Positions 29,341 through 39,590 of a DNA stretch of 64,000 nt are shown here, piece by piece. The position numbers and the translations under genes are program-made. Origin of the DNA: Alphaproteobacteria bacterium (GTDB lineage Bacteria > Pseudomonadota > Alphaproteobacteria > Rs-D84); NCBI GenBank assembly GCA_015062485.1, contig SUUO01000001.1, positions 82,101-146,100 of the forward strand, read 5' to 3'. Every line of letters begins with the position of its first letter. Positions within the stretch are counted from its first letter, which is position 1. The notes below the pieces were generated by a model. It was given only the letters and a program-made list of their open reading frames with translations. It ran no database searches and was not told the DNA's origin.

Positions 29341-29480
29341 TGAGTATGTCGGTTCGATACATCGCAACGCAGTTGCCAGGTTCGACAATGAGTAAGCGAG
29401 AACGAACGCAGTGAAGTTCGAGTGCTAACGAATGCCCCGCAGGGCACAAGCCCGAGGGAATCCTGTCACCCCGACCATAC
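29341..29480. repeat. partial duplicate of the tRNA-Pro 3' end (gaatcctgtcaccccgaccata, 29459..29479) preceded by a conserved element-end block
   Basis: 21-nt copy of 29277..29297; block shares ggttcgacaatgagta, gaatgccccgcag and gaggg with 4019..4160; downstream terminator also duplicated. Confidence 0.6.
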
Positions 29481-29536
29481 TTCGCCAAGGCTTCGTATGA
29501 CAAGCCATATAAATTTAAACGGGGCTTGGGCCCGTT

Positions 29537-29986
29537 TTATTTTTTATAAATATCATATCCGCAATTGCTGCGAATCATATCGGCAATATGCATTTCCATT
29601 GCGTGGTGGCGACCGGTCTGGATTGCACACGGATCACAGGTGCGACGCAATTGGCCCGCGCGACACATAAATGGAACACCATCACAATATCCGGTTATTC
29701 GCGTTAAAACCGCATCATTGGAATATGCATCTGCAATCGTTTTATAGCGTGTGGGGATAAGTTCCTGGTTAAATGACCACATACGTGATACCGCGTCACG
29801 GGTTTGTTTCACACACGGATCATTATTCATAATGTACGTTATATTTGTACTGTTGAATTTTTGGGTGTTGTATCGATCAAGAATAAGCCAGGTGACAATA
29901 CTGGCACAGGTAACCGTTACCATAAACAATAAAATATAGTGTGCAATTGTAAAGACATTGGTTTGATATTCCATATTCTTGGCCAT
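29537..29986 (-). CDS. membrane-anchored hypothetical protein with Cys-rich C-terminus
   Basis: one TM helix; GGGGGG SD before MAKNMEY start. Confidence 0.4.
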   Translation of the reverse strand: MAKNMEYQTNVFTIAHYILLFMVTVTCASIVTWLILDRYNTQKFNSTNITYIMNNDPCVKQTRDAVSRMWSFNQELIPTRYKTIADAYSNDAVLTRITGYCDGVPFMCRAGQLRRTCDPCAIQTGRHHAMEMHIADMIRSNCGYDIYKK

Positions 29987-30115
29987 TTTGTCCCCCCTGT
30001 TGTGGTAAAGCATAGCACGGGAAAAATAAACATTATACGGGTTTATATTCCGCGGGAAAGTCTTGCAATTTAAAATTTAAAGGGTAAAATATGACGACAA
30101 TCATAAACAAAGGGG

Positions 30116-31006
30116 GTGCGGATGTTTGTAACAGAAAAACTGGAAAATTTTTCGTGGGTAAATGTTGGCAATCCCGATCATAAAGATTTTGAAAAATTAC
30201 AAAACGAATACAAAATTGACGAAGATACTATTTCCGACATTCTGGACCCGGATGAACAGCCACGCTTTGAAATCGAAGATGATTACAAGGTTATAATTGT
30301 GCGTTTCCCAATTATTAACCGTGAAAATGACACCCTGTGGCATACAGAGCCGTTGTCTATTATCTACACGTCTAATCGTGTTATAACCGTTTGCCGCAAG
30401 CGGTGTGATTTGTTGGATAAAATTAAAAAATCTGAAAAAACATCACGCGAAGAATTTATATTAAACATCATATACTATATCGCGGAATCATATTTGCGTA
30501 TGTTAAAGGAATTGAACAAGCGTGTTCTGGCGTCAAAACGCGTGTTATTGGAACGCATCCGCAAAAAAGAATTGATGGATTTATTAGAGGTTGAAAACAG
30601 TTATACCCTTTATATGGCCGGAATCAAGGGGAATGTAGCGGTGCTGGACAAGTTGGAAAAGGTTCGTGGTTTTGTTAAAACGGATGAGGCCAAAGAACTG
30701 GCCGAGGATGCACGCATTGAATTGGCCCAGGCGACCGAGGTTGTGACATCATATAGCAAAATGTTGAAAGCAATCAAAGAAACATTCGAAAGTGTTATCA
30801 ATATGGATTCTAATACCAACATTAACCGTTTAACGATGTGGAATATTGTGTTGGTGATTCCGACGGTGATTGTTGGATACTATGGAATGAATATGCAATT
30901 ACCATTCGCAGAAAACCCCAAAATGGCGGTTTCTATATTTATTGCAATTATGGTGTTACTGGTTGGATTTGCATTATTTGGCGCAATCAAAAGAAGAATT
31001 ATATAA
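30116..31006 (+). CDS. corA: CorA-family Mg2+/Co2+ transporter
   Basis: YGMNM (GMN) motif before two C-terminal TM helices. Confidence 0.8.
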   Translation: MRMFVTEKLENFSWVNVGNPDHKDFEKLQNEYKIDEDTISDILDPDEQPRFEIEDDYKVIIVRFPIINRENDTLWHTEPLSIIYTSNRVITVCRKRCDLLDKIKKSEKTSREEFILNIIYYIAESYLRMLKELNKRVLASKRVLLERIRKKELMDLLEVENSYTLYMAGIKGNVAVLDKLEKVRGFVKTDEAKELAEDARIELAQATEVVTSYSKMLKAIKETFESVINMDSNTNINRLTMWNIVLVIPTVIVGYYGMNMQLPFAENPKMAVSIFIAIMVLLVGFALFGAIKRRII

Positions 31007-31008
31007 AA

Positions 31009-31869
31009 ATGATACAAGATTTTACGCTGCATACACATACAGTTGGTTTTGACGGGCGAAACACCCCCGAACAAATGATTGTCGCGGCACGAGATGCCGG
31101 GTTCAAGGCAATCGGAATATCAAATCACTTTATCGTACATCCCGAAATTCGACATACAAAATTATACGGCGCGGCCGTGGCACGTGGGTATGAAACGATG
31201 TATAACGCCAGTTTTGATGAGGCCTTGACCAAGTTTCAGCCACACTATGATGAATTGGCACGCCTGCAAGATAAAAACCCAGACATACGTATTTTACGTG
31301 GGATGGAGGTTGATCGTTTCCCAACAGATGCCTGGGCGGATGGCTTTGCACGTGCGTGCGAAATATTAAAGCCAGACTATCTTATCGGGGCCGCGCATTT
31401 TGTTGAATATGGTGGTACGGTCTGTAATGTACACGATATGGCGGCGGTGGATGCGAAAACACGCGACGAAATGCTGAATATTTATTGGAAAAACATCCAA
31501 GAACTGGTAAAAAGCGGTATGTTTAATTGGATTGCGCACCTGGATTTACCAAAGAAGAAAAACCTGGGGGAACATAAAAAATGGGATGGGGTAAAACGCG
31601 AAACGGTTAAATTAATCGCCAAATCCGGCGTACCCGTCGAAATTAACACCAGCGGATATAAAATCGGAACCCATCAGCCATATCCGGGAACAAATATAAT
31701 GAAAATGATTGCAGAATATAATATCCCGGTATTGATATCTGATGATGCACACGACATCAATCGCATCGGGCGCGATTTTGGTCAGGCATCCGTTCAGGCA
31801 CACAACAGTGGCATTAAAAACTTTATTAATTTAGAGAAATTACTTGATTTTCGCAAAAAAACACTATAA
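31009..31869 (+). CDS. PHP-domain phosphoesterase (histidinol-phosphatase family)
   Basis: HTHTVGFDG start typical of PHP metal site; start at MIQDF. Confidence 0.65.
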   Translation: MIQDFTLHTHTVGFDGRNTPEQMIVAARDAGFKAIGISNHFIVHPEIRHTKLYGAAVARGYETMYNASFDEALTKFQPHYDELARLQDKNPDIRILRGMEVDRFPTDAWADGFARACEILKPDYLIGAAHFVEYGGTVCNVHDMAAVDAKTRDEMLNIYWKNIQELVKSGMFNWIAHLDLPKKKNLGEHKKWDGVKRETVKLIAKSGVPVEINTSGYKIGTHQPYPGTNIMKMIAEYNIPVLISDDAHDINRIGRDFGQASVQAHNSGIKNFINLEKLLDFRKKTL

Positions 31870-31987
31870 ACTGTGCGCGCTGGGTAATCAGAACTGATTA
31901 AACGGTGGTGCGTTTTTGGTCCCATTCGTGATAAGGATTCTGTTAAAATATTCGGCACAAGTAAAAACCAAAAAAAGGATATAAACA

Positions 31988-32620
31988 ATGGCAAGAGCAG
32001 GCGCAAAGCGCAATACTCGTAAATTAAAGATTGGACGTTCATTGGGCGTTAATCTGTGGGGCCAGGCTAAATCCCCATTTAACAAACGTAAATACAAACC
32101 GGGCCAGCACGGTCCAACATCACGTGGTGGAAATTCGTCTGATTACGCAAAACAGATGCGTGCAAAACAGACTTTGAAGGGATACTATGGCAATATTGGC
32201 GAAAAGAAGTTCCGTGCGTATTATTTGGAAGCAAATAATATGAAGGGCGACACACCAGAAAACTTAATCGGTTTGCTGGAACGCCGTTTGGATGCGGTTG
32301 TATATCGTGCAAAATTGGCACCAACTGTATTTAGTTCCCGTCAGTTAATCAGCCACGGTCACATCTATGTAAACGGTCAGCGCGTTAAGATTGCATCATA
32401 TCGCGTTAAACCGGGTGACGTTATCACAGTCAGCGAAAAAGCAAAACAGATGCCATTGGTTGTTTTGGCATTGGAATCTGCGGAACGCAATTTTGCAGAC
32501 TATGTTTCTGTGGACAGTGCGAACTTTACAGCGACATTCGTACGCGTACCAGCGTTCGAAGATGTTCCATATCCGGTTCAGATGTTCCCAGAATTGGTTG
32601 TCGAATTCTATTCTCGTTAA
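31988..32620 (+). CDS. rpsD: 30S ribosomal protein S4
   Basis: 210 aa; KPGQHG motif and S4 domain; terminator 32640..32668. Confidence 0.9.
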   Translation: MARAGAKRNTRKLKIGRSLGVNLWGQAKSPFNKRKYKPGQHGPTSRGGNSSDYAKQMRAKQTLKGYYGNIGEKKFRAYYLEANNMKGDTPENLIGLLERRLDAVVYRAKLAPTVFSSRQLISHGHIYVNGQRVKIASYRVKPGDVITVSEKAKQMPLVVLALESAERNFADYVSVDSANFTATFVRVPAFEDVPYPVQMFPELVVEFYSR

Positions 32621-32662
32621 TAGAGAAAGGAAAAGTAAAAAATCCCCCGTTTGGGGGATTTT

Positions 32663-32932
32663 TTATGACATTGGACACACGTTGGTATATTCATACGTCC
32701 CGGATTCATCCGTAAAAGACATACCCGCCGGCGCATACAGCCAACAATCATACGTTGCATTATTCAGGCAGGAATTTAACTTTCTTGCCGCCACATATCC
32801 CGTTGGACACGCAGTCGCCATAATAAAATTAGAACGCGTAACGGTTATATACCCTGTGGGGCAACTGGTGGATGGGGCGACGGAATATGCACACATCGGC
32901 ATAAACGCAATTATAAATGCTATTTTTTTCAT
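32663..32932 (-). CDS. small secreted 8-Cys protein (cassette copy 1, gene 2)
   Basis: paralog of 53024..53299 (APSTSCP..YIT...CP.G...DCW.YAP.GMSFTD.SGTYE..VC). Confidence 0.6.
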   Translation of the reverse strand: MKKIAFIIAFMPMCAYSVAPSTSCPTGYITVTRSNFIMATACPTGYVAARKLNSCLNNATYDCWLYAPAGMSFTDESGTYEYTNVCPMS

Positions 32933-32944
32933 TTTTCCCCCCAA

Positions 32945-33382
32945 CTAGTCAGAGATTAAATTTGGTAAATAGTAATCATTTACAAGATCTTTGCTGTAAA
33001 AAAGCCCCAAATCGGTGTCACCCCAAGAACAACGTTGGGAACACGTATAAAATCCACCAAAACCCGGCGTATACCCAACCGAAACCCATTTTGATTCCAC
33101 CGGATATGTCATTTTACACCAACAGCCATCATCCACCCTATGTGAGTCATCTGCAACACCCGTTTCCAGACTATCTGCGGTGCTGCCCTCAGGTTGATAT
33201 TCACCAAGGAAAATGACCCCTCTGTATCTTTGCCCGCCACACTGAATTATCCAATCCGAATTTCCATTGGTTAAATTCGTACAGGGGGTATTTGCATCAA
33301 CCTGCTTAACGCATTGGGTTGCGGCGATTGCCGGCGTGGCAAGAATCGTACCAAGCGCGGTTAAGGTTAAAAGTTTTTTCAT
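32945..33382 (-). CDS. secreted Cys-rich protein (cassette copy 1, gene 1)
   Basis: AAGGAG RBS, signal peptide ending ATPAIAATQC; counterpart at 53304..53756. Confidence 0.55.
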   Translation of the reverse strand: MKKLLTLTALGTILATPAIAATQCVKQVDANTPCTNLTNGNSDWIIQCGGQRYRGVIFLGEYQPEGSTADSLETGVADDSHRVDDGCWCKMTYPVESKWVSVGYTPGFGGFYTCSQRCSWGDTDLGLFYSKDLVNDYYLPNLISD

Positions 33383-33444
33383 TTGTCTACTCCTTTTCTT
33401 TTGTTTTATTCGCGAAAAAACAAAAACCACCGAATAAATTCAAG

Positions 33445-33513
33445 TGGTCAGGAGGTTAGAAACAATCTTACGAATTGTGTGCTTATTCAATATATTCGCA
33501 ACCCTCCTGACCA
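33445..33513. promoter_or_regulatory. conserved palindromic leader element gtcaggaggtt-N42-aaccctcctgac (copy 1)
   Basis: 11/12-bp inverted repeat; whole ~70 nt conserved with 53807..53876. Confidence 0.55.
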
Positions 33514-33680
33514 ATAAAGTTCAGGAGTTTTATTTCATCAAAACACAACCGTCCGGCATATTGCCGCTTATTTATGTTTCGACGCGTAAGTCGGGTTTCT
33601 ACACCCCATTATGGCAAAGTCACCATAACAATCACATTATAACCAAATGTTTCCCCTTACGCAATCGCTTAGATAAACTT

Positions 33681-33938
33681 TTATTTAATAACTGCGCCTT
33701 TTATCAGGTTCAGGTCTTCTTTGATATCGTCTATTTTTATTTGAATCTGGCCGATACCCGTTTCCAAGACCGTTGTGCGATTTTCAAGCGATGTTATACG
33801 GGCATCAACACGTTCCAGTTCCGCAACGGACGAATCCTGGCGCGCAACCCAGTAGACACACCCCGCAATAAAGGCGATTAAAAACCAACTGTCGCGTAAA
33901 AAATCTAGGATGCCAATGGCACTGGGTTGCGTCGTCAT
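33681..33938 (-). CDS. small phage-like membrane/coiled-coil protein
   Basis: 85 aa, TM helix then coiled coil. Confidence 0.3.
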   Translation of the reverse strand: MTTQPSAIGILDFLRDSWFLIAFIAGCVYWVARQDSSVAELERVDARITSLENRTTVLETGIGQIQIKIDDIKEDLNLIKGAVIK

Positions 33939-33940
33939 TT

Positions 33941-34135
33941 TTATTTCCCCCGTTCTATCATATTTTCAATTTGGTGAACAAGGGCACGTTGGGCCTCAAC
34001 CCCGCGCAATTCTGCGTCCGTCGCGTTCGCCCCCAGTACCCGTTCAATAGTTATTTTGCGTAAATGCGCAATCACACGCGCACCCGATGGGGTGCAAAAT
34101 GTGCGCGCAAAATCTTGTGCGATATTTTCTGACAT
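33941..34135 (-). CDS. small phage-associated protein
   Basis: 64 aa, co-oriented in the phage block. Confidence 0.3.
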   Translation of the reverse strand: MSENIAQDFARTFCTPSGARVIAHLRKITIERVLGANATDAELRGVEAQRALVHQIENMIERGK

Positions 34136-34138
34136 TTA

Positions 34139-35368
34139 TTACACCCCCGCAATTGATTCCAGCGCAACCATTTGTGCAATTGGTGCAATGTATTTTAATT
34201 CTGCATCCCCGTGCAGGGTTATTGGTTCAATCACACCACGACGTGATAAAATCTGCAAGCCGCGTTCGCATAGTGGCCTTATAAATTCGTGCAGTAATCG
34301 ACCATACGTCGCACCCAAGATTCGCATCATATCGGAATTACGGGCCATAATCTCGGTTGCGGTCATTTCTTTTTCACTTAACAGTCCCAACCGGTCCGCC
34401 AACAATGCGTGACGGATGCGTTCCCGCAGGTCTTTTAAAATAATCTGGGAAACGTCAAAGTTTGCACCACTGGTCAATGGTGTCAAGCCCGATGAACCAA
34501 CCGCCTTTGGTATAATCGCACCCGGCGTCAGGCTGATGTTATTCAAATTTATCACACCGTCATCGTCCGCCATCCAGATACCAGATACGGATATCGTCGC
34601 GTTTTTCAAGACCAATTCTACAACCTTGTTCGCGGTTTTAATATCTGGCAACGCACGCAAGACCGGCCCACGCCCGTAAATTTCGCCGGACGTCACCGAC
34701 CAACGGAAAATTAAATACGGATTTGTTTCAAATGTTCCCGTTGCAACAATGTTATTTTCAATATCGCCACCAGCATCCAACCACGCTGTAAATTCAGTTC
34801 CAACCAAACTCTGTACCAGTTTAATTGGGGTGTCGGGGTCTTGTTTTATTGTATCACGCAGGTTTGCCGGCACCGTCCAGGTTGGATATTTTTCCATCGC
34901 ATCACGCGCGGACATTGATGTGGTGTGAAATACCGCGTTTGGTAAAATTGCGATATCTGACATTGGAATCGCGGTGAACGAAAATGCAGACGATGCACCA
35001 ATCGGATTTTCCGCCATAAACAAGCACGCCGTTCCCAATGTGACCAGATCCAAATAACACTGGTGCACGGTTGTATAAAAATTAGAGTCATTTAAGTTTG
35101 CACGCAGTGCATCCGTCGCGGTGCCTGCGTCGGGTGACAAATCACTTTCCGGGACCAGGTTCAGCCACAATGATTCCGGTGGGGTCAATAATGTATAAAG
35201 TGATGCCGCCAGATTATCAACCGCATCCATTGCGGTTGCATCAAACAGCGTTGCCGTGTCGTCATCGGTTTCCGGCATTGTATACCGGCGTGCATCCGCC
35301 CAACGACGCAACCACGGATCGCGCATATCCAGCGCACGTTTGTACATTTGCAATAAATTAGATTGCAT
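34139..35368 (-). CDS. phage portal-like protein
   Basis: 409 aa immediately downstream of the terminase nuclease fragment. Confidence 0.4.
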   Translation of the reverse strand: MQSNLLQMYKRALDMRDPWLRRWADARRYTMPETDDDTATLFDATAMDAVDNLAASLYTLLTPPESLWLNLVPESDLSPDAGTATDALRANLNDSNFYTTVHQCYLDLVTLGTACLFMAENPIGASSAFSFTAIPMSDIAILPNAVFHTTSMSARDAMEKYPTWTVPANLRDTIKQDPDTPIKLVQSLVGTEFTAWLDAGGDIENNIVATGTFETNPYLIFRWSVTSGEIYGRGPVLRALPDIKTANKVVELVLKNATISVSGIWMADDDGVINLNNISLTPGAIIPKAVGSSGLTPLTSGANFDVSQIILKDLRERIRHALLADRLGLLSEKEMTATEIMARNSDMMRILGATYGRLLHEFIRPLCERGLQILSRRGVIEPITLHGDAELKYIAPIAQMVALESIAGV

Positions 35369-35394
35369 ATTTTATCCTTTTTGTTTGTGTTGTT

Positions 35395-36291
35395 TTATAT
35401 TGTGAAATTTGTATTTGCATAAACTGGACGGGACATCCCCCCGGACGGACGCAGGACAATCGGCGTTTGTGCAATCGCACCCGCAATCGCATCCAGGCCG
35501 TCATCGTGCCCCACCCCGCCAACAGGTGACCAACCCAGCATTTCCGACAACAGTGGCGTATGTTGCACACGCATATTGGCATACAGGTGCCCCGAGGTCA
35601 GCAAGGGTTCAATCGCGTCCAAGATTCTGTCGGATTTATTCCGGTTATTGGTGATTTTGTTTACGTATATGTTTTGACCCCGACGCACCGCCACATCGCG
35701 CATTATTTCCGGCAATGCATTGCCCAGTCCATTTGTCTCGATTGTTATTCGGCGCATACCGTATCGGTGCATAAAATCAATCACGCGTTCACACTGGGCA
35801 TTCAAGGGGTGGGTTTCGGTATCAGAAACCGTCATATACATAACGTCGTGTATAAAAACATTATGATTTTTATCATCACGATATATCAGAACACAAACAC
35901 TGTGGTCTGATTTATGGCGGCCGGTGGATGGATCCCAATACACAGACGCACCCGTTATCAAATGCGGCCCCAGACGTGCCGAATGCATATCCAGCATATC
36001 TTCGTAAAAGTGTATTTGCCCCGGGTCCAGACGAATACGTTCAGGTGGCACAAATTCCAGCATCATTTGTGCCGAAAAATGCCGGGGGCCGACGATTTGT
36101 CGCATCTGGGCCACCTTTTCAATCGGGAAAAGTTCCGGCCACGCGGGCGTGCCATTGGCGTCAACTATCGGAATTTTCAATATTTTATATCCCGATAAAA
36201 AAGGCATTGAAAAAGCATTTTTTTCATATACCATTGGCGTTAAGGAAAAGGATTTTGACATGGATTTTACCCCTAAGACTTTGCCAACCAA
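35395..36291 (-). pseudogene. phage terminase large subunit, C-terminal nuclease half (split gene)
   Basis: RNaseH-like fold residues (VGGVGHDDGLDAIAGA); lacks ATPase domain; true start uncertain (overlaps dnaB start). Confidence 0.55.
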
Positions 36292-37816
36292 TCTGGAAGC
36301 AGAACAGGCCGTACTGGCCGCGGTGTTGATGAATAATCGCGCGTTGGAACGTGTGTCAGAATTCTTGAATGCGGAACACTTTTCACATCCCGCACACCAG
36401 GAAATTTATAAACTGGCGGAACGTCAATTTGCCGCCGGTATCCCGTTCGATATTATTACCGCTAAAAACTATCTGGACCAACAGGGGGTCTTGGAATCGG
36501 TGGGTGGTGTGGATTACCTGACCCAATTATCGGGTGCGGGGGCAACCGTTGTTAATGTTGAACAATATGGTCGCATCGTATACGAACACGCACAAAGACG
36601 TCAATTAATTAACCTGGCCCAGGATATTATGGATGGCGCGTTTGTCGAAGACCTGGACAACCCAGTTAATCGACAAATAGAGGTTGCCGAACAGAAATTA
36701 TTCGATATGGCAACCACGGGTTCGTCCGAACGTGACGTTGTTTCAATCGCAACCGCATTACAGGCCGCATTAAGGGAAGCCGAAACCGCGTACAAGGCCG
36801 ACGGACAATTATCGGGTCTGACAACGGGATTGACGGCACTGGACAAATCAATCAGTGGTCTGCACCATTCGGATTTAATTATCGTAGCGGGTCGTCCGGC
36901 GATGGGTAAAACCACGTTGGCGATGAATATCGCATTTAATGCGGCAAATGCAATACACTATGGCACGGCCAATAAAAATTACAAGGGCGCCGTCGTATTT
37001 TTCAGTCTTGAAATGTCGCATTCCCAATTGGCGGCACGTGTTTTATCATCCCAGTCCAAGGTTCCCGCATCCGCAATGCGCGAGGGAAACCTGACGGATG
37101 AAGATATGCTTAAAATGACACAATACGCCGACGCAATCAGCAAGATTCCACTGTGCATTGATGATACGCCGGGTATGTCGGTACCAATGATGCGTACACG
37201 TGCAAGACGCCTGGCACGGAAATACGGCGGACTTGCGTTGATTGTGGTGGATTACCTGCAATTGATGACGTCCCCCGGTGGCAAGCGCAATGACAACCGC
37301 GTCCAAGAAATTTCCGAAATTACACGAGGGCTAAAAATGTTGGCCAAGGAATTGGATGTGCCGGTAATTGCCCTGTCACAGTTGTCGCGTAGTGTTGAAC
37401 AGCGCGATGACAAACGTCCACAACTGGCGGACTTGCGTGAATCTGGGTCCATTGAACAAGACGCCGACATTGTTATGTTTACGTACCGCGAAGAATACTA
37501 TCTGGCGAACCGTAATCCATCAGAAAGAATTTCAAACACAACAAATTCCGCAATGGTAGAATCGTGGCAAAAACGTTATGAACAATCCCGTGGCAAGGCC
37601 GATATTATCATCGGAAAAAACCGTCACGGACGTCCGGAAACCGTACGCACCGCATTCTTTGGCGATTACAGTTTGTTCGACAATCTGCCGGATGAATTTG
37701 ACACACGCGGTGAAAACGTCACATCACAACCAACCGCCAGCATACCATTGGATGGATCTGAATTTTCACCAACGCCCATTGATATCGACGCAATCCCGGA
37801 TGATATGCCACTGTAA
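36260..37816 (+). CDS. dnaB: replicative DNA helicase DnaB
   Basis: LEAEQAVLAAVL N-domain, Walker A GRPAMGKT, RecA-like core; unusual ~60-aa acidic C-terminal tail. Confidence 0.85.
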   Translation: MDFTPKTLPTNLEAEQAVLAAVLMNNRALERVSEFLNAEHFSHPAHQEIYKLAERQFAAGIPFDIITAKNYLDQQGVLESVGGVDYLTQLSGAGATVVNVEQYGRIVYEHAQRRQLINLAQDIMDGAFVEDLDNPVNRQIEVAEQKLFDMATTGSSERDVVSIATALQAALREAETAYKADGQLSGLTTGLTALDKSISGLHHSDLIIVAGRPAMGKTTLAMNIAFNAANAIHYGTANKNYKGAVVFFSLEMSHSQLAARVLSSQSKVPASAMREGNLTDEDMLKMTQYADAISKIPLCIDDTPGMSVPMMRTRARRLARKYGGLALIVVDYLQLMTSPGGKRNDNRVQEISEITRGLKMLAKELDVPVIALSQLSRSVEQRDDKRPQLADLRESGSIEQDADIVMFTYREEYYLANRNPSERISNTTNSAMVESWQKRYEQSRGKADIIIGKNRHGRPETVRTAFFGDYSLFDNLPDEFDTRGENVTSQPTASIPLDGSEFSPTPIDIDAIPDDMPL

Positions 37817-37891
37817 GTGATTATTTACTTGCGCAAGTCTTAAAAATTGACTATTATTTTGTCAAGATTATAGTTTTTAAGGAGTTGCACA

Positions 37892-38899
37892 ATGGCCCAA
37901 GAAGAAATTATTTTTCCAAATAATATCAGAAACATCCGCCTGAAAAATGGGATGAAGATGACGGAACTGGCGCGACGCGCGGGTTTGTCATTGTCCGCAG
38001 TTTCAAAAATTGAAAAGGGTGTACGCCGCTTGAACCAGAAACAGTTGCTGAATATCTGTAATATCTTGGGGTGCAAACTGTCCGATATTTTCATCAAAGA
38101 ATCTGACGAGGTTGCAGAACAATGGCAAACCGAAATCAAACGCCGTCTGAACGATAACGAAGATGGTGGCCTGAAAATTTTCGGCAGTGGTCTGCGCAAA
38201 ATTCGCCAGCAATCTGGAAAAACTATCGCACGTGCCGCCAAAGATGCCGGTATGACATTGTCTGTATATCATAAAATCGAGGTTGGACAACGCGAAATCT
38301 ATGAAAATGAAATCGAACCATTGGCGCAATCATTCGCGATGACGGTTGAAAGTATGTTTGATAAAATCGCAACCCTGTACAAAAGTGGCGAATTAAACAA
38401 ACAGATTAACAAGGTCAAAGAACGTGTTAAATCTGTGCTGGAACCGGGCAATCCATTATCTGGCATTGATATGAGTGGCGGTTTGTATGGCGCAAAATTG
38501 TATGACAGTGCGCGCAAAAAACTGGTTCCAGTGTTTGGTATGCCATCTGGTAAATCAATCGCGTTTAAAAAATCTGACAAAACGATGATTGTTGCCCCAA
38601 TGTCATTAGAGGGACGCAGTGGTATTTACGCGGTTATGCCAAACTCAAAGCGTTTGGGCGGATTTATCCCTGAAAAATCATACGTATTTGCCGATGTAGA
38701 TGCACCAATTGTGCCAGGTGATTTGGCGGTATGCATTGATACGGATTTTGATGCGTTGGATTCAGAAACAACCGTCAATGCGCAAATTGTTAGTGTACGC
38801 CAAGATTCCAAAGGGAAAATATACGGTCAAATATCCAGCCCAGAGGAAAAAATTAACGCGCAAACAATGCACAAAGTTGTTATGATTGTGATGGAATAA
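37892..38899 (+). CDS. tandem HTH_XRE transcriptional regulator with C-terminal domain
   Basis: two Cro/C1-type HTH segments (aa 10-65 and 95-150). Confidence 0.55.
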   Translation: MAQEEIIFPNNIRNIRLKNGMKMTELARRAGLSLSAVSKIEKGVRRLNQKQLLNICNILGCKLSDIFIKESDEVAEQWQTEIKRRLNDNEDGGLKIFGSGLRKIRQQSGKTIARAAKDAGMTLSVYHKIEVGQREIYENEIEPLAQSFAMTVESMFDKIATLYKSGELNKQINKVKERVKSVLEPGNPLSGIDMSGGLYGAKLYDSARKKLVPVFGMPSGKSIAFKKSDKTMIVAPMSLEGRSGIYAVMPNSKRLGGFIPEKSYVFADVDAPIVPGDLAVCIDTDFDALDSETTVNAQIVSVRQDSKGKIYGQISSPEEKINAQTMHKVVMIVME

Positions 38900-38933
38900 T
38901 TCATCAACATAATACCGGAGAGAGAGGCACATT

Positions 38934-39590
38934 ATGAAAGCACGTATCGCCGCCACGGCACAAAGATTGTTAAACCTTTATCGCCAGGAACACGTTATCG
39001 TTGGCGGATGGTCTGCGATTAACCCAGTCTTTATAGACGAGGCCACCGATGACGTAATCAAAGAGTTGCGCGAAATGCCAACCGGTAAAATGCTTATCCG
39101 GCATATTGAAAATCTGCGCAGTGGCAAAACACCAATGGATTCCATTGAACCAGAATTGATTCCATATGGTGGATTGATGACACAATCCAGTGTGACCGAC
39201 ACCATTTTGTCCCAGAAAGATATCGCCGAATTACAATCTGTGTTAAATTCTTTTACCCCCGATCCAGACGGCCTGAATCGTATACGTGGTCTGAATGTGG
39301 TACGCAGATTTGGCGAAGAATGGGCAAACGCAATTCACGATGCACTGGACAAACATCCAGATATGCAAAATCAATGGGCGGTTGTTACAAAAACATATCG
39401 CGCGTATCAATTGTGGGATATGGCGAATCAAATTATTAACGCACCACTGGATGAACGTGCACGCGCAGAAATCCAGGCCGATATGCCAGAATATGAAACA
39501 TACCTGCCGATGTTTGGGGATGCGGGGAATGATTTACTGGGGCGGTTGCGCACATTTATCAGTTCGGTAAAAGCCGAAGATAACGCCTAG
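38934..39590 (+). CDS. hypothetical protein
   Basis: 218-aa ORF with GGAGAGAGG RBS. Confidence 0.4.
   Translation: MKARIAATAQRLLNLYRQEHVIVGGWSAINPVFIDEATDDVIKELREMPTGKMLIRHIENLRSGKTPMDSIEPELIPYGGLMTQSSVTDTILSQKDIAELQSVLNSFTPDPDGLNRIRGLNVVRRFGEEWANAIHDALDKHPDMQNQWAVVTKTYRAYQLWDMANQIINAPLDERARAEIQADMPEYETYLPMFGDAGNDLLGRLRTFISSVKAEDNA

Noticed and set aside
36149-36259. Annotated dnaB start at 36149 (MPLASTIG...)
   Set aside because: The DnaB N-domain begins at MDFTPK (36260), which has an AAGGAAAAGG RBS; the upstream extension overlaps the terminase fragment
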